A DNA stretch of 57,717 nucleotides from an uncultured virus (IMG/VR IMGVR_UViG_3300029319_000009) (lineage: Duplodnaviria > Heunggongvirae > Uroviricota > Caudoviricetes), in the IMG/VR virus record IMGVR_UViG_3300029319_000009. One strand, 5' to 3'. A model generated the notes under the pieces. That model was not told the origin of the DNA. It saw only the letters and a program-made list of their open reading frames with translations, and ran no database searches. The translations under genes and the position numbers were made by a program. The stretch's first letter is position 1; every line of letters begins with the position of its first letter. Of the stretch, positions 27,812 through 37,931 are shown one piece after another.

Positions 27812-29053
27812 ATGTCATCTATGCTAGAACAAGCAATTATCGAAGCAGAGCAACTAAAGAAGGTTGCTAGTCGCAATGCCGAACAGGCTATTTTAGAGAG
27901 ATACTCTCAAGAAATAAAAGAGGAGATGGAGAACCTAATCGAGCAAGATTTGGGTTTAGGCGGCGACACTGGTCTTGGTGGCGATCTAGATACGGGTGGA
28001 GCCAAGCCACAGGTAGACTTTGAAGGCGCTAAGGCAGATGATGACCAAGTTCCAGATCAATTAGAGTATGCCGCTTTTGATGGTATGACCATTGGTGAGA
28101 CAAAGTACCCAGAGAAAGGTGACTTAATTGAGATTAACTTAGACTCATTATCAGAGTACGAGCTAAATCCAGAAGCTGGTCCAACTACTCGAAATCTTTC
28201 AGAGTCAATTGAGATTGATGATTCTTTGTTAGATCAAATTATCAATGAAGAACTAGAAGAAGAAATGCTTGTTGACAAAGATAAAAAGCCTAAAAAAGAA
28301 GCTCATTGTAGTGAAGTCCACGCTGGTAAGACTCATGAAGAGTATTTGGCAGAACTAGATGATGTAAGTGAGGCTCACTGTGGAACTGGTCGCCATGAAG
28401 AATCAATGGCAGGCTTGAAAACGCAGTTAGAAGAAGAACTAGAACTTGACGAAGAGAAGCTGGAAGAGATGATTAAGGTTGATTACAAATCTGTAAAAGA
28501 AGGTAATCCCTTTGGAACAACTCAAGAAAGAGATGAAATGAATCTCATTCTAGCAGATTTAAAAGCTCAATGCGAAGAGCTAAACATGAAGAACGAATCA
28601 CTCAGCAATGATAATCAGAATTTGATTAATGAAAACGCCGAGTACAAAAAGAATTTTGAGTCAGCCGAGGCAACATCCCGTGACTTAAACAACAAATATG
28701 CATCATTACTAGAGAAGGTCAAAGAACTCAAAGGAGCCTTTGAAGAGTCTCAACTAATGAATGCTAAATTGGTTTACACCAACAAAGTTTTGTCCGATGA
28801 AAAACTAAATGTTCGTCAGAAAAATAAGATTGCCGAATCCATCGAAAGAACTGATAGTGTAAACGAAGCTAAGATTGTGTACGAAACTCTCGTAAACACA
28901 GTGGAGAGTGCTCCAAAGAGAGGACCAGAATCGCTGAGTGAGGCAGTTACACGTCGCAAGCATCCCCTTTTTATAAAGGGGAATCAAACAGAGGCTAAAC
29001 CCTCTGGCGACTTTGCTAATCGTATGAAAAGATTAGCAGGGCTTGACTTGTAA
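27812..29053 (+). CDS. Prohead core scaffolding protein (gp22-like)
   Basis: Highly acidic coiled coil directly upstream of the capsid gene, with many L-x-E motifs and C-terminal RMKRLAGL. Confidence 0.75.
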   Translation: MSSMLEQAIIEAEQLKKVASRNAEQAILERYSQEIKEEMENLIEQDLGLGGDTGLGGDLDTGGAKPQVDFEGAKADDDQVPDQLEYAAFDGMTIGETKYPEKGDLIEINLDSLSEYELNPEAGPTTRNLSESIEIDDSLLDQIINEELEEEMLVDKDKKPKKEAHCSEVHAGKTHEEYLAELDDVSEAHCGTGRHEESMAGLKTQLEEELELDEEKLEEMIKVDYKSVKEGNPFGTTQERDEMNLILADLKAQCEELNMKNESLSNDNQNLINENAEYKKNFESAEATSRDLNNKYASLLEKVKELKGAFEESQLMNAKLVYTNKVLSDEKLNVRQKNKIAESIERTDSVNEAKIVYETLVNTVESAPKRGPESLSEAVTRRKHPLFIKGNQTEAKPSGDFANRMKRLAGLDL

Positions 29054-29073
29054 TTAATAAAGGAGGATAAACA

Positions 29074-30795
29074 ATGTCAACTATCGTAGAAAGTTTAACA
29101 AAAGACATCGTAAGTCGTGACCTCCAAGCCGAAGGCGCTGCTCTTCTCAACAAGTGGGAGAAGACTGGTCTTCTAGAAGGTCTAGACAACGAGAGAACCA
29201 AGAACGGCATGGCCCGTCTCTTGGAAAACCAAGCAAAGCAGCTTCTTAAGGAAGCTTCTTCAATGACCGCTGGTGATGTAGAGGGCTTCGCAGCCGTCGC
29301 ATTCCCAATCGTTCGCCGCGTGTTCGGTGGCCTCATCGCCAACGAACTCGTTTCAGTTCAGCCAATGAGCCTACCATCAGGTCTAGTCTTCTTCTTAGAC
29401 TTTACCTTTACTGATGATCGCCTATCATACACTAGTGGCAATTCAGTTTACGGTGGCGGCGTTGTCGCTAGCCAAATCACAGGTGGTTTGGATCTAACAG
29501 AGGCCAACGCTGAAAAGGGACCATACGCCCTAAACAGTGGTTACTCTTCAGCAACTGGTTCTGTTGATAATCCCGCTGCTGGCACCGATGGAGTCACGAT
29601 TAGTTCAGCCACTACATTTGCTAACTTGACTGACGCAATGAAAGTACGTCTAGATTACGATCCAGACCTCTTAGCACAGCTTGAAGCGGCTGCTACCAAC
29701 ACAGTTATTGAAAGAAGTACTGCTATTGGCAACTACCCAAATCTCAATAGAGATCTCTTGATTTCTATTGCTCTTGATAACATCACAGGTACTCAGGCCC
29801 GCAGATTAACTAAAATTGTTAAATCCGGCGGTGCTGAGTTTATTTCCTGCATTGTTTTACAAGAAGCTGGCTCCGCTGCCATGGCAGACATGGGTGGTAC
29901 TTACGTAATCGCTGATGCCTCTGCTGCAAATACTGTGCAGCCCGGTGCTTTGAACTTGAACCTCTTTGAGGAGGGTGCTGGTGATGGTACAACCTTCACA
30001 CCCACAGGTCCAGAAACTGGTCAAAACACTAAGATCCCAGAGATCGACATCAAGGTTGACTCTGTTGCCGTTACTGCAACTACCAAGAAGCTCAAAGCTA
30101 AGTGGACCCCCGAGCTAGCTCAGGACCTCAACGCTTACCACAACCTCGACGCCGAGGTTGAGCTTACAAGCATCCTTTCTGAGCAGGTTGCTCTAGAGAT
30201 CGATCAGGAGATCTTGAACGACCTTATCCAAGGTGCTACTGCTGGTACACTTCACTGGAGCCGTCGCCCCGGTAAGTTTGTCAACCGTGAGACTGGTGTA
30301 CAGGTTGGAGCCACTCAGGCTGCTCCTGACTTCACAGGCACAGTTTCAGAGTGGTACGAGACACTTTGTGAGACCATCAATGATGTCTCCGCTCGTATCC
30401 ACAGAAAGACACTTCGTGGCGGTGCTAACTTCGTAGTTTGCTCCCCAGAAGTTGCCAACCTCCTAGAGTTCACCGCTGGTTTCCGTGCTACCGTAAACCA
30501 CGAAGAGCTAAAGGGTGGTTCAATTGGTGCTGTTAAAGTCGGCGCTCTCAGCAAGAAGTTTGACGTTTACGTCGATCCATACTTCCCACGCTCAGTCGTG
30601 CTAGTTGGTCGTCGTGGCAACAGCTTCCTAGAGAGTGGCTACGTCTACGCTCCATACGTCCCACTACAGGTCACACCAACTATCTTCGGTGTCGAGGACT
30701 TCGTACCCCGTAAGGGCGTCATGACTCGCTACGCCAAGAAGATGGTTCGTCCAGACATGTACGGCGTAGTTGTTTGCCAAGATTTAGTTGGCTAA
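29074..30795 (+). CDS. Major capsid protein (T4 gp23-like)
   Basis: LLENQ, VSVQPMSLPSGLVF, KLKAKWTPELAQDLNAYH, LEIDQEI, YAPYVPL and GVMTRYA motifs. SD AAGGAGG. Confidence 0.97.
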   Translation: MSTIVESLTKDIVSRDLQAEGAALLNKWEKTGLLEGLDNERTKNGMARLLENQAKQLLKEASSMTAGDVEGFAAVAFPIVRRVFGGLIANELVSVQPMSLPSGLVFFLDFTFTDDRLSYTSGNSVYGGGVVASQITGGLDLTEANAEKGPYALNSGYSSATGSVDNPAAGTDGVTISSATTFANLTDAMKVRLDYDPDLLAQLEAAATNTVIERSTAIGNYPNLNRDLLISIALDNITGTQARRLTKIVKSGGAEFISCIVLQEAGSAAMADMGGTYVIADASAANTVQPGALNLNLFEEGAGDGTTFTPTGPETGQNTKIPEIDIKVDSVAVTATTKKLKAKWTPELAQDLNAYHNLDAEVELTSILSEQVALEIDQEILNDLIQGATAGTLHWSRRPGKFVNRETGVQVGATQAAPDFTGTVSEWYETLCETINDVSARIHRKTLRGGANFVVCSPEVANLLEFTAGFRATVNHEELKGGSIGAVKVGALSKKFDVYVDPYFPRSVVLVGRRGNSFLESGYVYAPYVPLQVTPTIFGVEDFVPRKGVMTRYAKKMVRPDMYGVVVCQDLVG

Positions 30796-30817
30796 TAACT
30801 TAGTGTAGTTAAAATTA

Positions 30818-30859
30818 GGTTCCCCGTTGGGTTTTTTGCTCAGCGGGGAATCTTCTTTT
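30818..30859 (+). terminator. Intrinsic terminator after capsid gene
   Basis: GGTTCCCCGTTGGGT/GCTCAGCGGGGAATC stem with G-U pairs, followed by TTCTTTT. Confidence 0.8.
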
Positions 30860-30866
30860 GTGGCAG

Positions 30867-30875
30867 ACTATTTAT
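30867..30875 (+). promoter_or_regulatory. Putative late promoter motif ACTATTTAT
   Basis: Immediately after the terminator, upstream of 30924. Confidence 0.7.
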
Positions 30876-30923
30876 TAATGTATAAAGCCTAAAGGCGATT
30901 ATTAAACAAGGAGAAAATAAATC

Positions 30924-31388
30924 ATGGCTAAGAATGGTTTTTCAATGTCAAACAGAGTTGCTGTAGAGCAGATTACAGCAGATAGAACTCTTACAGTAAA
31001 CGACTGCGGTAAAGTTTTAGTGGTGGATTCACGAGGTACATCGGCACTTACTATTACACTTCCAGACCCTGCTGCTGCTGAGGATGGTTGGAATTGCACG
31101 GTGCTTTTTGAGAGTGGTTCTATCGTAGAAGATTCAACCCACGTACAGAACGTTGTTATTACAAGTTCACAGGACGATAGCTCAGACGGTAACTTGTTCG
31201 TAAGATCTCTAAACACGTTCCAATCCCCTCACGTTAACGGTGAAGCCGGACAAGCAAAGTCTGTAACAGCAGCCGCTGCTAGTATCCAAACTGGCGACCG
31301 TATTGATGTTTTGATTGTTAAGGGCAATGCTCTTGGTTCCAAATACCACGTCAATGCAATCTCTAGTGCTTCGTTAACACTTGGTTAA
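30924..31388 (+). CDS. Putative virion (head decoration/fibre-like) protein
   Basis: TLTVNDCGKVLVV...TITLP motif typical of phage fibre/decoration domains. SD AAGGAG. Confidence 0.5.
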   Translation: MAKNGFSMSNRVAVEQITADRTLTVNDCGKVLVVDSRGTSALTITLPDPAAAEDGWNCTVLFESGSIVEDSTHVQNVVITSSQDDSSDGNLFVRSLNTFQSPHVNGEAGQAKSVTAAAASIQTGDRIDVLIVKGNALGSKYHVNAISSASLTLG

Positions 31389-31422
31389 TGGTGCAGAGTA
31401 AATTACTCAAAGGAATAAAAAA

Positions 31423-31668
31423 ATGTTAACAGAGAAAAAAATAAAAAAAGTGGTCAAGCCTGTAGCTGCAAAGAAAAAAGCTGCCCCAGCAAAGCCACCA
31501 GTAAAAAAAGCAGTTGCTAAGACTACTTTATCGAAAGAAGAGTTGAAAGACGCAATGGGTAACATTCATCGTAAATTAGTTCAGGCTAAAAAAGATGATA
31601 ACCAAGACGCAATTAGAATATTGAATAATGAACTAAATGCCGTGCTTAAAAAGCTAAAATCTCTTTAG
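31423..31668 (+). CDS. Small basic protein with Lys/Ala/Pro-rich N-terminus
   Basis: KKVVKPVAAKKKAAPAKPPVKKAVAK followed by a helical hairpin. SD AAGGA. Confidence 0.6.
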   Translation: MLTEKKIKKVVKPVAAKKKAAPAKPPVKKAVAKTTLSKEELKDAMGNIHRKLVQAKKDDNQDAIRILNNELNAVLKKLKSL

Positions 31669-31693
31669 CATCAAATAGTCCGAAGCTTTATAC

Positions 31694-31730
31694 GAGACCT
31701 CTCAGTGAAAACTGGGAGGTCTTCTTTTAT
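31694..31730 (+). terminator. Intrinsic terminator
   Basis: GAGACCTCTCAGT-GAAA-ACTGGGAGGTCTT hairpin followed by CTTTTAT. Confidence 0.8.
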
Positions 31731-31733
31731 GAA

Positions 31734-31742
31734 ACTATTTAT
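31734..31742 (+). promoter_or_regulatory. Putative late promoter motif ACTATTTAT
   Basis: Directly after the terminator, before the SD AGGAG of the neck gene. Confidence 0.7.
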
Positions 31743-31763
31743 TAGTGCAGGAGACAGACATAA

Positions 31764-33026
31764 ATGGCTAAACCAACTCTAACACCGGTTAGTTCAACAC
31801 CGACAAACATTTTACCGGAATCAACAACTCCAGATTCAGCTTTCACTTTTAGCTACCCCTTTGGCATATACAACTCAGATGGGCCTTTAGAATCAGTTTA
31901 TTTCGCTTCAGGTGCCGCAGATCAAGTGGCTTTTACTTTTAAGAAACTGGGTGGTGATGTTTTAGACATTGAATTAACTGAAGGAAACGTGTTTGCTGCC
32001 TACGAGGAGGCCGTTTTAGAGTATTCCTACATCATTAACCTGCATCAAGCTAAAAACGCCTTGTCGAACGTCCTAGGCTCTGCAACGGCTAGTTTTGACC
32101 ACAACGGTAATCCTATCGCTGGTGATGCTCAAAATTTACAAGCAGAACTTAAATACCCAAAGTTCAAATTAACTTACCCAGTAAGGGTCGCAAGAGGATT
32201 AGCTAAATACGCAGGCACGAATGGAGATGTTCGCCACTACTCAGGAAGTTTTGTCCCAACCGGGTCACAACAAGACTATGATTTACAGGAGATAATCGCT
32301 AGAGATTTCCCTGAAGTCATAACTAGTGGCCAGCGAGCAACAATAACTAATGTATGGTATAAGACGCCATTTACTATGTGGAGATTTTTTGCTTACTATG
32401 GCGCTTTAAATGTTATCGGAAACTTATCTACTTATGGACAATATTCAGATGACTCTACGTTTGAGGTTGTTCCAACTTGGCAAAATAAAGCCCAGGCTAT
32501 GGCATACGAGGATTCAATTTACACAAGGGTTAGTCACTATTCGTTTGAACTTATAGACAATAGATTAAGATTGTTTCCCGTCCCACAGAATGGTTCAATG
32601 CCAGATCGTTTCTGGTTTAGATTTTATGTCGACCCAGGCGCATACGATGAAGACCCCACTAGAAAAGAGGGGCTTGAGGGTGTCAATAACATGAACACCT
32701 TGCCATTCAACAATATTCCCTATGTGAATATTAACTCTATCGGAAAACAATGGATTAGACGTTATGCTCTTGCATTATCAAAAGAGATGTTAGGACAGAT
32801 TAGAGGTAAGTTTGGTGGCTCTGTGCCAATCCCAGGTGACACTGTAAGTTTAAACTCGGGAGATCTATTAGGTCAGGCCGCTTCAGAAAAGGATGCTTTA
32901 AAATCAGAACTTAATGGTATTTTAGACCAATTAACTTACGTTGAATTGGCTAAAAGAGATAATGAGTTGGTCAAAAATAATAATGAACTCTTTGCTAATG
33001 TTCCAATGCCCATTTTTCAAGGATAA
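31764..33026 (+). CDS. Neck / head-tail adaptor protein (gp13-like)
   Basis: KLGGDVLDIELT and WIRRYALALSKEMLGQIRGKF motifs. Position after the capsid gene. Confidence 0.8.
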   Translation: MAKPTLTPVSSTPTNILPESTTPDSAFTFSYPFGIYNSDGPLESVYFASGAADQVAFTFKKLGGDVLDIELTEGNVFAAYEEAVLEYSYIINLHQAKNALSNVLGSATASFDHNGNPIAGDAQNLQAELKYPKFKLTYPVRVARGLAKYAGTNGDVRHYSGSFVPTGSQQDYDLQEIIARDFPEVITSGQRATITNVWYKTPFTMWRFFAYYGALNVIGNLSTYGQYSDDSTFEVVPTWQNKAQAMAYEDSIYTRVSHYSFELIDNRLRLFPVPQNGSMPDRFWFRFYVDPGAYDEDPTRKEGLEGVNNMNTLPFNNIPYVNINSIGKQWIRRYALALSKEMLGQIRGKFGGSVPIPGDTVSLNSGDLLGQAASEKDALKSELNGILDQLTYVELAKRDNELVKNNNELFANVPMPIFQG

Positions 33027-33030
33027 ATAA

Positions 33031-33525
33031 ATGCCAGACCCAAAGAATAAATACTCTCGACCAGATGCTCCACCAGGGCCAGTTTTCTTTAATAAAAAAG
33101 AGAGAGACTTTGTTAAACAAGTAACTGATGAAGTTACAGATCGAGTTGTAGCCCAGCCAGTTGCTTATTATCCTTTAAGCATTGAACATTCAAACTATCA
33201 TCCACTTTACGGTGAAGCAATTGAGAAGACATTTCTACCACCTATTAGAGTCTATGCTCTTGTAACTTTTGAAGGAATTCAAACTGAGACTTCAGACTTT
33301 GGTGTGGATAAAAGAGCAACTATCAATGTAAAGTTTCATAAAAGAAGATTAGGTGAAGATCAAAATGTTTTTGTAAGAGAAGGAGACTTTGTTCTTTATG
33401 GAGACATCTTTTACGAGATCACAGAATTAAATGAGCCAAAGCAGTTATTCGGACAGATTGATTTCCGTTACGAGATCGAAGCTAAATGTGTAAGAGCAAG
33501 AAAGGGGAAGTTCAATGCCGAATAA
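33031..33525 (+). CDS. Head closure / neck protein (gp14-like)
   Basis: LYGE...F, EGDFV and FYEITE pattern. Synteny. Confidence 0.65.
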   Translation: MPDPKNKYSRPDAPPGPVFFNKKERDFVKQVTDEVTDRVVAQPVAYYPLSIEHSNYHPLYGEAIEKTFLPPIRVYALVTFEGIQTETSDFGVDKRATINVKFHKRRLGEDQNVFVREGDFVLYGDIFYEITELNEPKQLFGQIDFRYEIEAKCVRARKGKFNAE

Positions 33526-34363
33526 ATCTACAAAACAAAAAACACTTAGCCCATCAACTTTAGAGACGGTTGATTTCGCTCTTTACAACTGGTTAAACGA
33601 AAAGCTTGACATCTACACAGACTCTAATGAGGGTCGTAGAAAGGTTCCAATCATCTGGATTACCGCAGAAAGAGCTTTCCAAGTAAAAGACAATAAAGAG
33701 TTGAGAGAGATTGACTCGCAGTCAATTATTTACCCAGCTATGGTTGTAGAAAGAACTTCAGTTTCAAAGACTAATGCAAATGAAAGAGTTATTCCAGGTA
33801 ACATCTTTCCACAGATGGATAGAAAAAGAGGAGCTTTTCCTCTTTACAGGAGAGTTGTAAAGGATAAGACGCAAAACTTTCAAAATGCAGAAGCTAAAAG
33901 ATACACAAATCAAAATCAGGAAACATTTAAGCTTCCGTTTGAATCAAATGCAGTTGTTTATGAAACACTCTACACTGGTTATCCAGTGTTCTTAAACATG
34001 AACTACACGATTAAAATAAGAACTGACTATATTCAACAGTTAAATGAAGTATTGTTACCATTTCAAAGATTCACAGGTGGAATAAATCAATTCTTGGTAG
34101 AATATGAAAATCATAAATTTGAAGCTTTCATTGAAGATGATTACACAATTAGTAGTAATGCTTCAAACTTAGGTGGTGAAGAAAAGAAATTTGATGCACA
34201 AATTAAAATAAGAGTTTTAGGATATATCACTGCCGATGGTATAAATCAAGATACTCCTTTTGTAGTTAGTCGCGAATCACCTGCAAAAATTAGATTTACT
34301 AGAGAACGTGTAATGTTGGGTGAGAAAAACTCTAACAACGATGATGGTTTCTTTAGACAATAA
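33515..34363 (+). CDS. Tail terminator / sheath stabiliser (gp15-like)
   Basis: KVPIIW...ER, P.M...R and YPV..N.NYT pattern. Directly before the sheath gene. Confidence 0.65.
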   Translation: MPNKSTKQKTLSPSTLETVDFALYNWLNEKLDIYTDSNEGRRKVPIIWITAERAFQVKDNKELREIDSQSIIYPAMVVERTSVSKTNANERVIPGNIFPQMDRKRGAFPLYRRVVKDKTQNFQNAEAKRYTNQNQETFKLPFESNAVVYETLYTGYPVFLNMNYTIKIRTDYIQQLNEVLLPFQRFTGGINQFLVEYENHKFEAFIEDDYTISSNASNLGGEEKKFDAQIKIRVLGYITADGINQDTPFVVSRESPAKIRFTRERVMLGEKNSNNDDGFFRQ

Positions 34364-34382
34364 GCATTTTGGGTTTCCAAAA

Positions 34383-34390
34383 ACTATTTA
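34383..34390 (+). promoter_or_regulatory. Putative late promoter motif ACTATTTA
   Basis: Intergenic, before the GGGAG SD of the sheath gene. Confidence 0.7.
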
Positions 34391-34422
34391 CAATAGAGTA
34401 TTTGTGTAGGGAGTTTTAACAC

Positions 34423-37320
34423 ATGGCAGTTTCAGCAAAAAACTTTAAATTTATTTCCCCTGGTATCAGAATCGAAGAAATCGATCGTTCTCAGATTCCA
34501 GCGGACGAACCAGCAATCGGCGCTTGTCTTATTGGTCGCGCTGCTAGAGGTCCAGCTTTTACCCCAGTAGAGGTAAGAAGCTTTTCAGATTTCGTAGCCG
34601 CATTTGGCGAGCCAGTTGCTGGTGGACAGAGTGGTGATGTATGGAGAGATAATAATTTTACTTCTCCAATGTATGCAACATACGCAGCCCAGTCATGGTT
34701 AAGAAACGGCGAAGCTTTGACTTTCGTTAGAACTCTAGGTGTTGAATCAGATGATGCTACAACAACTGGTAAGGCAGGCTGGCAAATTGGCTCTGGTGTT
34801 GCATCCGGATCCGTAGCCACTGGTAAAGGTGGCGCTTACGGTCTTCTCGTTTGGCCTTCTGGTTCTACAGCACCAACAGGAACTTTAGCTGCTGTTTGGT
34901 ATCTTGAAACTGGCCTGATTCAATTAACAGGCTCAATCGCCGGCTCTTCGACAGGTGTGGGCACCTCTGCAATTTTTGACAGTGATGCAAATGGTAGATT
35001 TACAGTTGAATTTGCTGGCACTGGCGTTGAAGCCACGCCATTACCAACATCTAAATTTACTTTTAGCCTTTCAAGAACTGACAGTAAATTTGCCAGAAAA
35101 GTATTCAATACTAATCCAACACTGTTAGGCAGATCTGCTGCAAACAGTCCAGTTGGCTATTTCTTAGGTGAAACATTTGAAGACCACATGGTTTCTGCTA
35201 ACATTACCGGCTCAAATTTGTATGGTGCTATTGTTGGTTTGGCACAGTCAAACAACAAAGATAACGACGGCGCAGATTTTAGATTAGGTGCTTTAAACCA
35301 AGACAAAACGGTGCCAAAATCTGGTTGGATTTTAAGCCAAGATCTTTCAAATGACACCGCCTCATTCGCTTCAGATATGTCCGAGAACATTAACTCAGGA
35401 AGAGTAAAAAAGCTATTCCGCTTAGTTGGTCTAAATGACGGACAGTGGGTGCAAAGAAATCTAAAACTTTCCATTGAAAATATTAGAGCGCCAATTGACG
35501 ACAACGTAGACCCCTACTACAGATTTAATGTTGTTTTAAGACAGATAGATGATACAGACAGCAGCAAACAGATTGTTGAGTCTTTCTTAGATTGTACTTT
35601 AAACGCCAACTCTGATGATTACATTGCTAGAAAAATTGGTGATAAGTATGTTGAATACGACGAAACAAATAATCGCAACATTGAAAAGGGAGAGTTTGAT
35701 AACAGGTCAGAATATGTCTACGTTGAATTGGCAACAGAATATGCTGATGGTTTTGACGCTAGTTTAATTCCCTATGGTGTCACAGGCCCAACAAAGTACA
35801 GATCTTGTAACTTTGGCCACCAAGCCGCTGCATTAATTACAGGTAGCACTGGTATTATTTTAGGTTCCAACATTAATGGTAATGAATCTTTTGCATTGTC
35901 CACAAATGAACTATCAAACAGAACTGGTCATGAGTTTCATGTCTCCTTCCCTTCTACAAGCACGAGAGGCTCCGCTACTTTGGCCACAGTTGGCGCTTTC
36001 AGAAACGCTAACTTTGGTGCCAACATTAGACCCGACAATACAAATAATACAAAGCAAGATTTTGCAGATTTAGTTAGAATTAAACCAGCCTACATTTCCA
36101 ATGGTGATCAATATCAATCAGGGTCGTTTATTGACTTCCAGTTTGTTAGTACTTTGGACAATGTAAAGTTCCAGGGCGCTAGTTCAACTTTACCTGGAAC
36201 GTCATCTGTTCTTGTTTATGACACAGCTAGTCGAAGCACTGGTGCATCTTTATCAGCACAAAGTGGCTCAAATGAGATTCTAAATCTAGGCTCGGGAGCC
36301 CCAGGATTGACAACTCTCTTCTTTGGTGGTACTGATGGCTTTGACATTACCCAGTCAGATCCACTAGCTAACGGTGCAATTGCAGCAAACAATAAAGAGA
36401 ATAGCTACGAATACAACACAATTGAAAGAGCTATCAACATTGTTAAAAATCCAGAAGAGGTTGCTTACAACGTAGTGGCAATTCCTGGTTTGAACAACGA
36501 GTCATTAAATACTAAGCTCATTGCCAATACTGCTGAGAGAGCCGACGCCCTAGCAGTTATTGAGTACGAGGGCAGTTACGTTCCACCACACGAGTACCGT
36601 TACGGCGGCGATAGCGAAAGCAATGGCAATGTTAGTACTTACATTACAAACAGAAAGAGCGCTGCTACAAACTCAAGCTACGCTGCAACTTACTTCCCAT
36701 GGGTAAAAGTTCGCGATAACATCAACAGCACAGACCTTTGGGTGCCAGCTTCAGTTGCTGCTCTAGGCGCAATGTCCTACACAGACCGCATCCAAGCCCC
36801 ATGGTTTGCCCCAGCAGGCTTTAACCGTGGCGGGCTATCATCTGGCATCTCAGGATTGCCAGTAGTTTCCACAGCCTTGAAATTATTCAAGGACGATCGC
36901 GATGATCTTTACGAGGTTGGTATTAACCCAATTGCCACATTCCCAAATGAGGGCATAGTTATCTTCGGTCAGAAGACACTACAGATCCAGCGCTCAGCAC
37001 TAGATAGAATTAACGTTCGTAGATTGATGGTATTCCTCAAGAGAGGTATCTCAAGAATCGCTAATGGTGTTCTATTTGAGCCAAACGTTCCAGATACTTG
37101 GAACAACTTCAAGAATCAGGCTATCCCATTCTTGAATGATGTTAAGACTCGCTTTGGTCTAACTGATTACAAGCTAGTTCTAGATGAGACTACAACCACA
37201 CCTGACTTAATTGACCAAAACATCTTGTACGCCAAGTTGTTCATTAAGCCAGCAAGAGCAATTGAGTTCATCGCTCTAGACTTCATCATCACAAACACTG
37301 GAGCGTCATTTGATGATTAA
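34423..37320 (+). CDS. Tail sheath protein (gp18-like)
   Basis: SPGIRIEEID, WFAPAGFNRG, INPI, FGQKTL, RINVRRL, FEPN and KPARAIEFI motifs. Confidence 0.95.
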   Translation: MAVSAKNFKFISPGIRIEEIDRSQIPADEPAIGACLIGRAARGPAFTPVEVRSFSDFVAAFGEPVAGGQSGDVWRDNNFTSPMYATYAAQSWLRNGEALTFVRTLGVESDDATTTGKAGWQIGSGVASGSVATGKGGAYGLLVWPSGSTAPTGTLAAVWYLETGLIQLTGSIAGSSTGVGTSAIFDSDANGRFTVEFAGTGVEATPLPTSKFTFSLSRTDSKFARKVFNTNPTLLGRSAANSPVGYFLGETFEDHMVSANITGSNLYGAIVGLAQSNNKDNDGADFRLGALNQDKTVPKSGWILSQDLSNDTASFASDMSENINSGRVKKLFRLVGLNDGQWVQRNLKLSIENIRAPIDDNVDPYYRFNVVLRQIDDTDSSKQIVESFLDCTLNANSDDYIARKIGDKYVEYDETNNRNIEKGEFDNRSEYVYVELATEYADGFDASLIPYGVTGPTKYRSCNFGHQAAALITGSTGIILGSNINGNESFALSTNELSNRTGHEFHVSFPSTSTRGSATLATVGAFRNANFGANIRPDNTNNTKQDFADLVRIKPAYISNGDQYQSGSFIDFQFVSTLDNVKFQGASSTLPGTSSVLVYDTASRSTGASLSAQSGSNEILNLGSGAPGLTTLFFGGTDGFDITQSDPLANGAIAANNKENSYEYNTIERAINIVKNPEEVAYNVVAIPGLNNESLNTKLIANTAERADALAVIEYEGSYVPPHEYRYGGDSESNGNVSTYITNRKSAATNSSYAATYFPWVKVRDNINSTDLWVPASVAALGAMSYTDRIQAPWFAPAGFNRGGLSSGISGLPVVSTALKLFKDDRDDLYEVGINPIATFPNEGIVIFGQKTLQIQRSALDRINVRRLMVFLKRGISRIANGVLFEPNVPDTWNNFKNQAIPFLNDVKTRFGLTDYKLVLDETTTTPDLIDQNILYAKLFIKPARAIEFIALDFIITNTGASFDD

Positions 37321-37331
37321 TTTGGAGACAA

Positions 37332-37339
37332 ACTATTTA
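37332..37339 (+). promoter_or_regulatory. Putative late promoter motif ACTATTTA
   Basis: Intergenic, before the AGGAG SD of the tube gene. Confidence 0.7.
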
Positions 37340-37360
37340 AGTTTAGGAGAAAGTAAATAA

Positions 37361-37906
37361 ATGGCTACAGCAATTCCAGTTTGGGCGAACCCACTAACAG
37401 AACCAAAAAGAAGGTTTAAATTTATCCTTAACATCGCAGGCATTCCAGCTTACGTTGTTAAGACCACAGATAGACCTGCCGTTACAGTTGGCGAAGCACA
37501 ACATGAGTTTTTAGTTCACAACTTTTACTTTCCTGGTCGTGTATCTTGGAATGAAATTTCAGTTACTTTGGTAGATCCAATTGATCCAGACGTCTCTAAG
37601 CGCTTATTAGATCTAGTAAAAAATGCTGGCTATGTTAACCCAAATGATTTTAGTGGTGATCCAAATGATCCAAACTTTTTAAGAAAATCACTTGGTAAGT
37701 CAGCTTTTATTGATCAGCTAGGTCAGGTTACAATTGATACTCTCAACACTGCTGGCGAGACTATTGAAACTTGGAGACTCAACAATGTTTGGGTCAAGTC
37801 AGTAACTTACAACCAGATGAGCTACAGTGACGAGGGTCTAATTGAGTTGAACTTGGGAATTAGATACGATTGGGCTGAGTTAGAGACTTTTAGTCCCACA
37901 GAATAA
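37361..37906 (+). CDS. Tail tube protein (gp19-like)
   Basis: EPKRRFKF, PGRVSWNEISVTLVDPI, ETWRL and YDWA motifs. Follows the sheath gene. Confidence 0.88.
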   Translation: MATAIPVWANPLTEPKRRFKFILNIAGIPAYVVKTTDRPAVTVGEAQHEFLVHNFYFPGRVSWNEISVTLVDPIDPDVSKRLLDLVKNAGYVNPNDFSGDPNDPNFLRKSLGKSAFIDQLGQVTIDTLNTAGETIETWRLNNVWVKSVTYNQMSYSDEGLIELNLGIRYDWAELETFSPTE

Positions 37907-37931
37907 TTCTAAGACCAACTAATTACATTAG

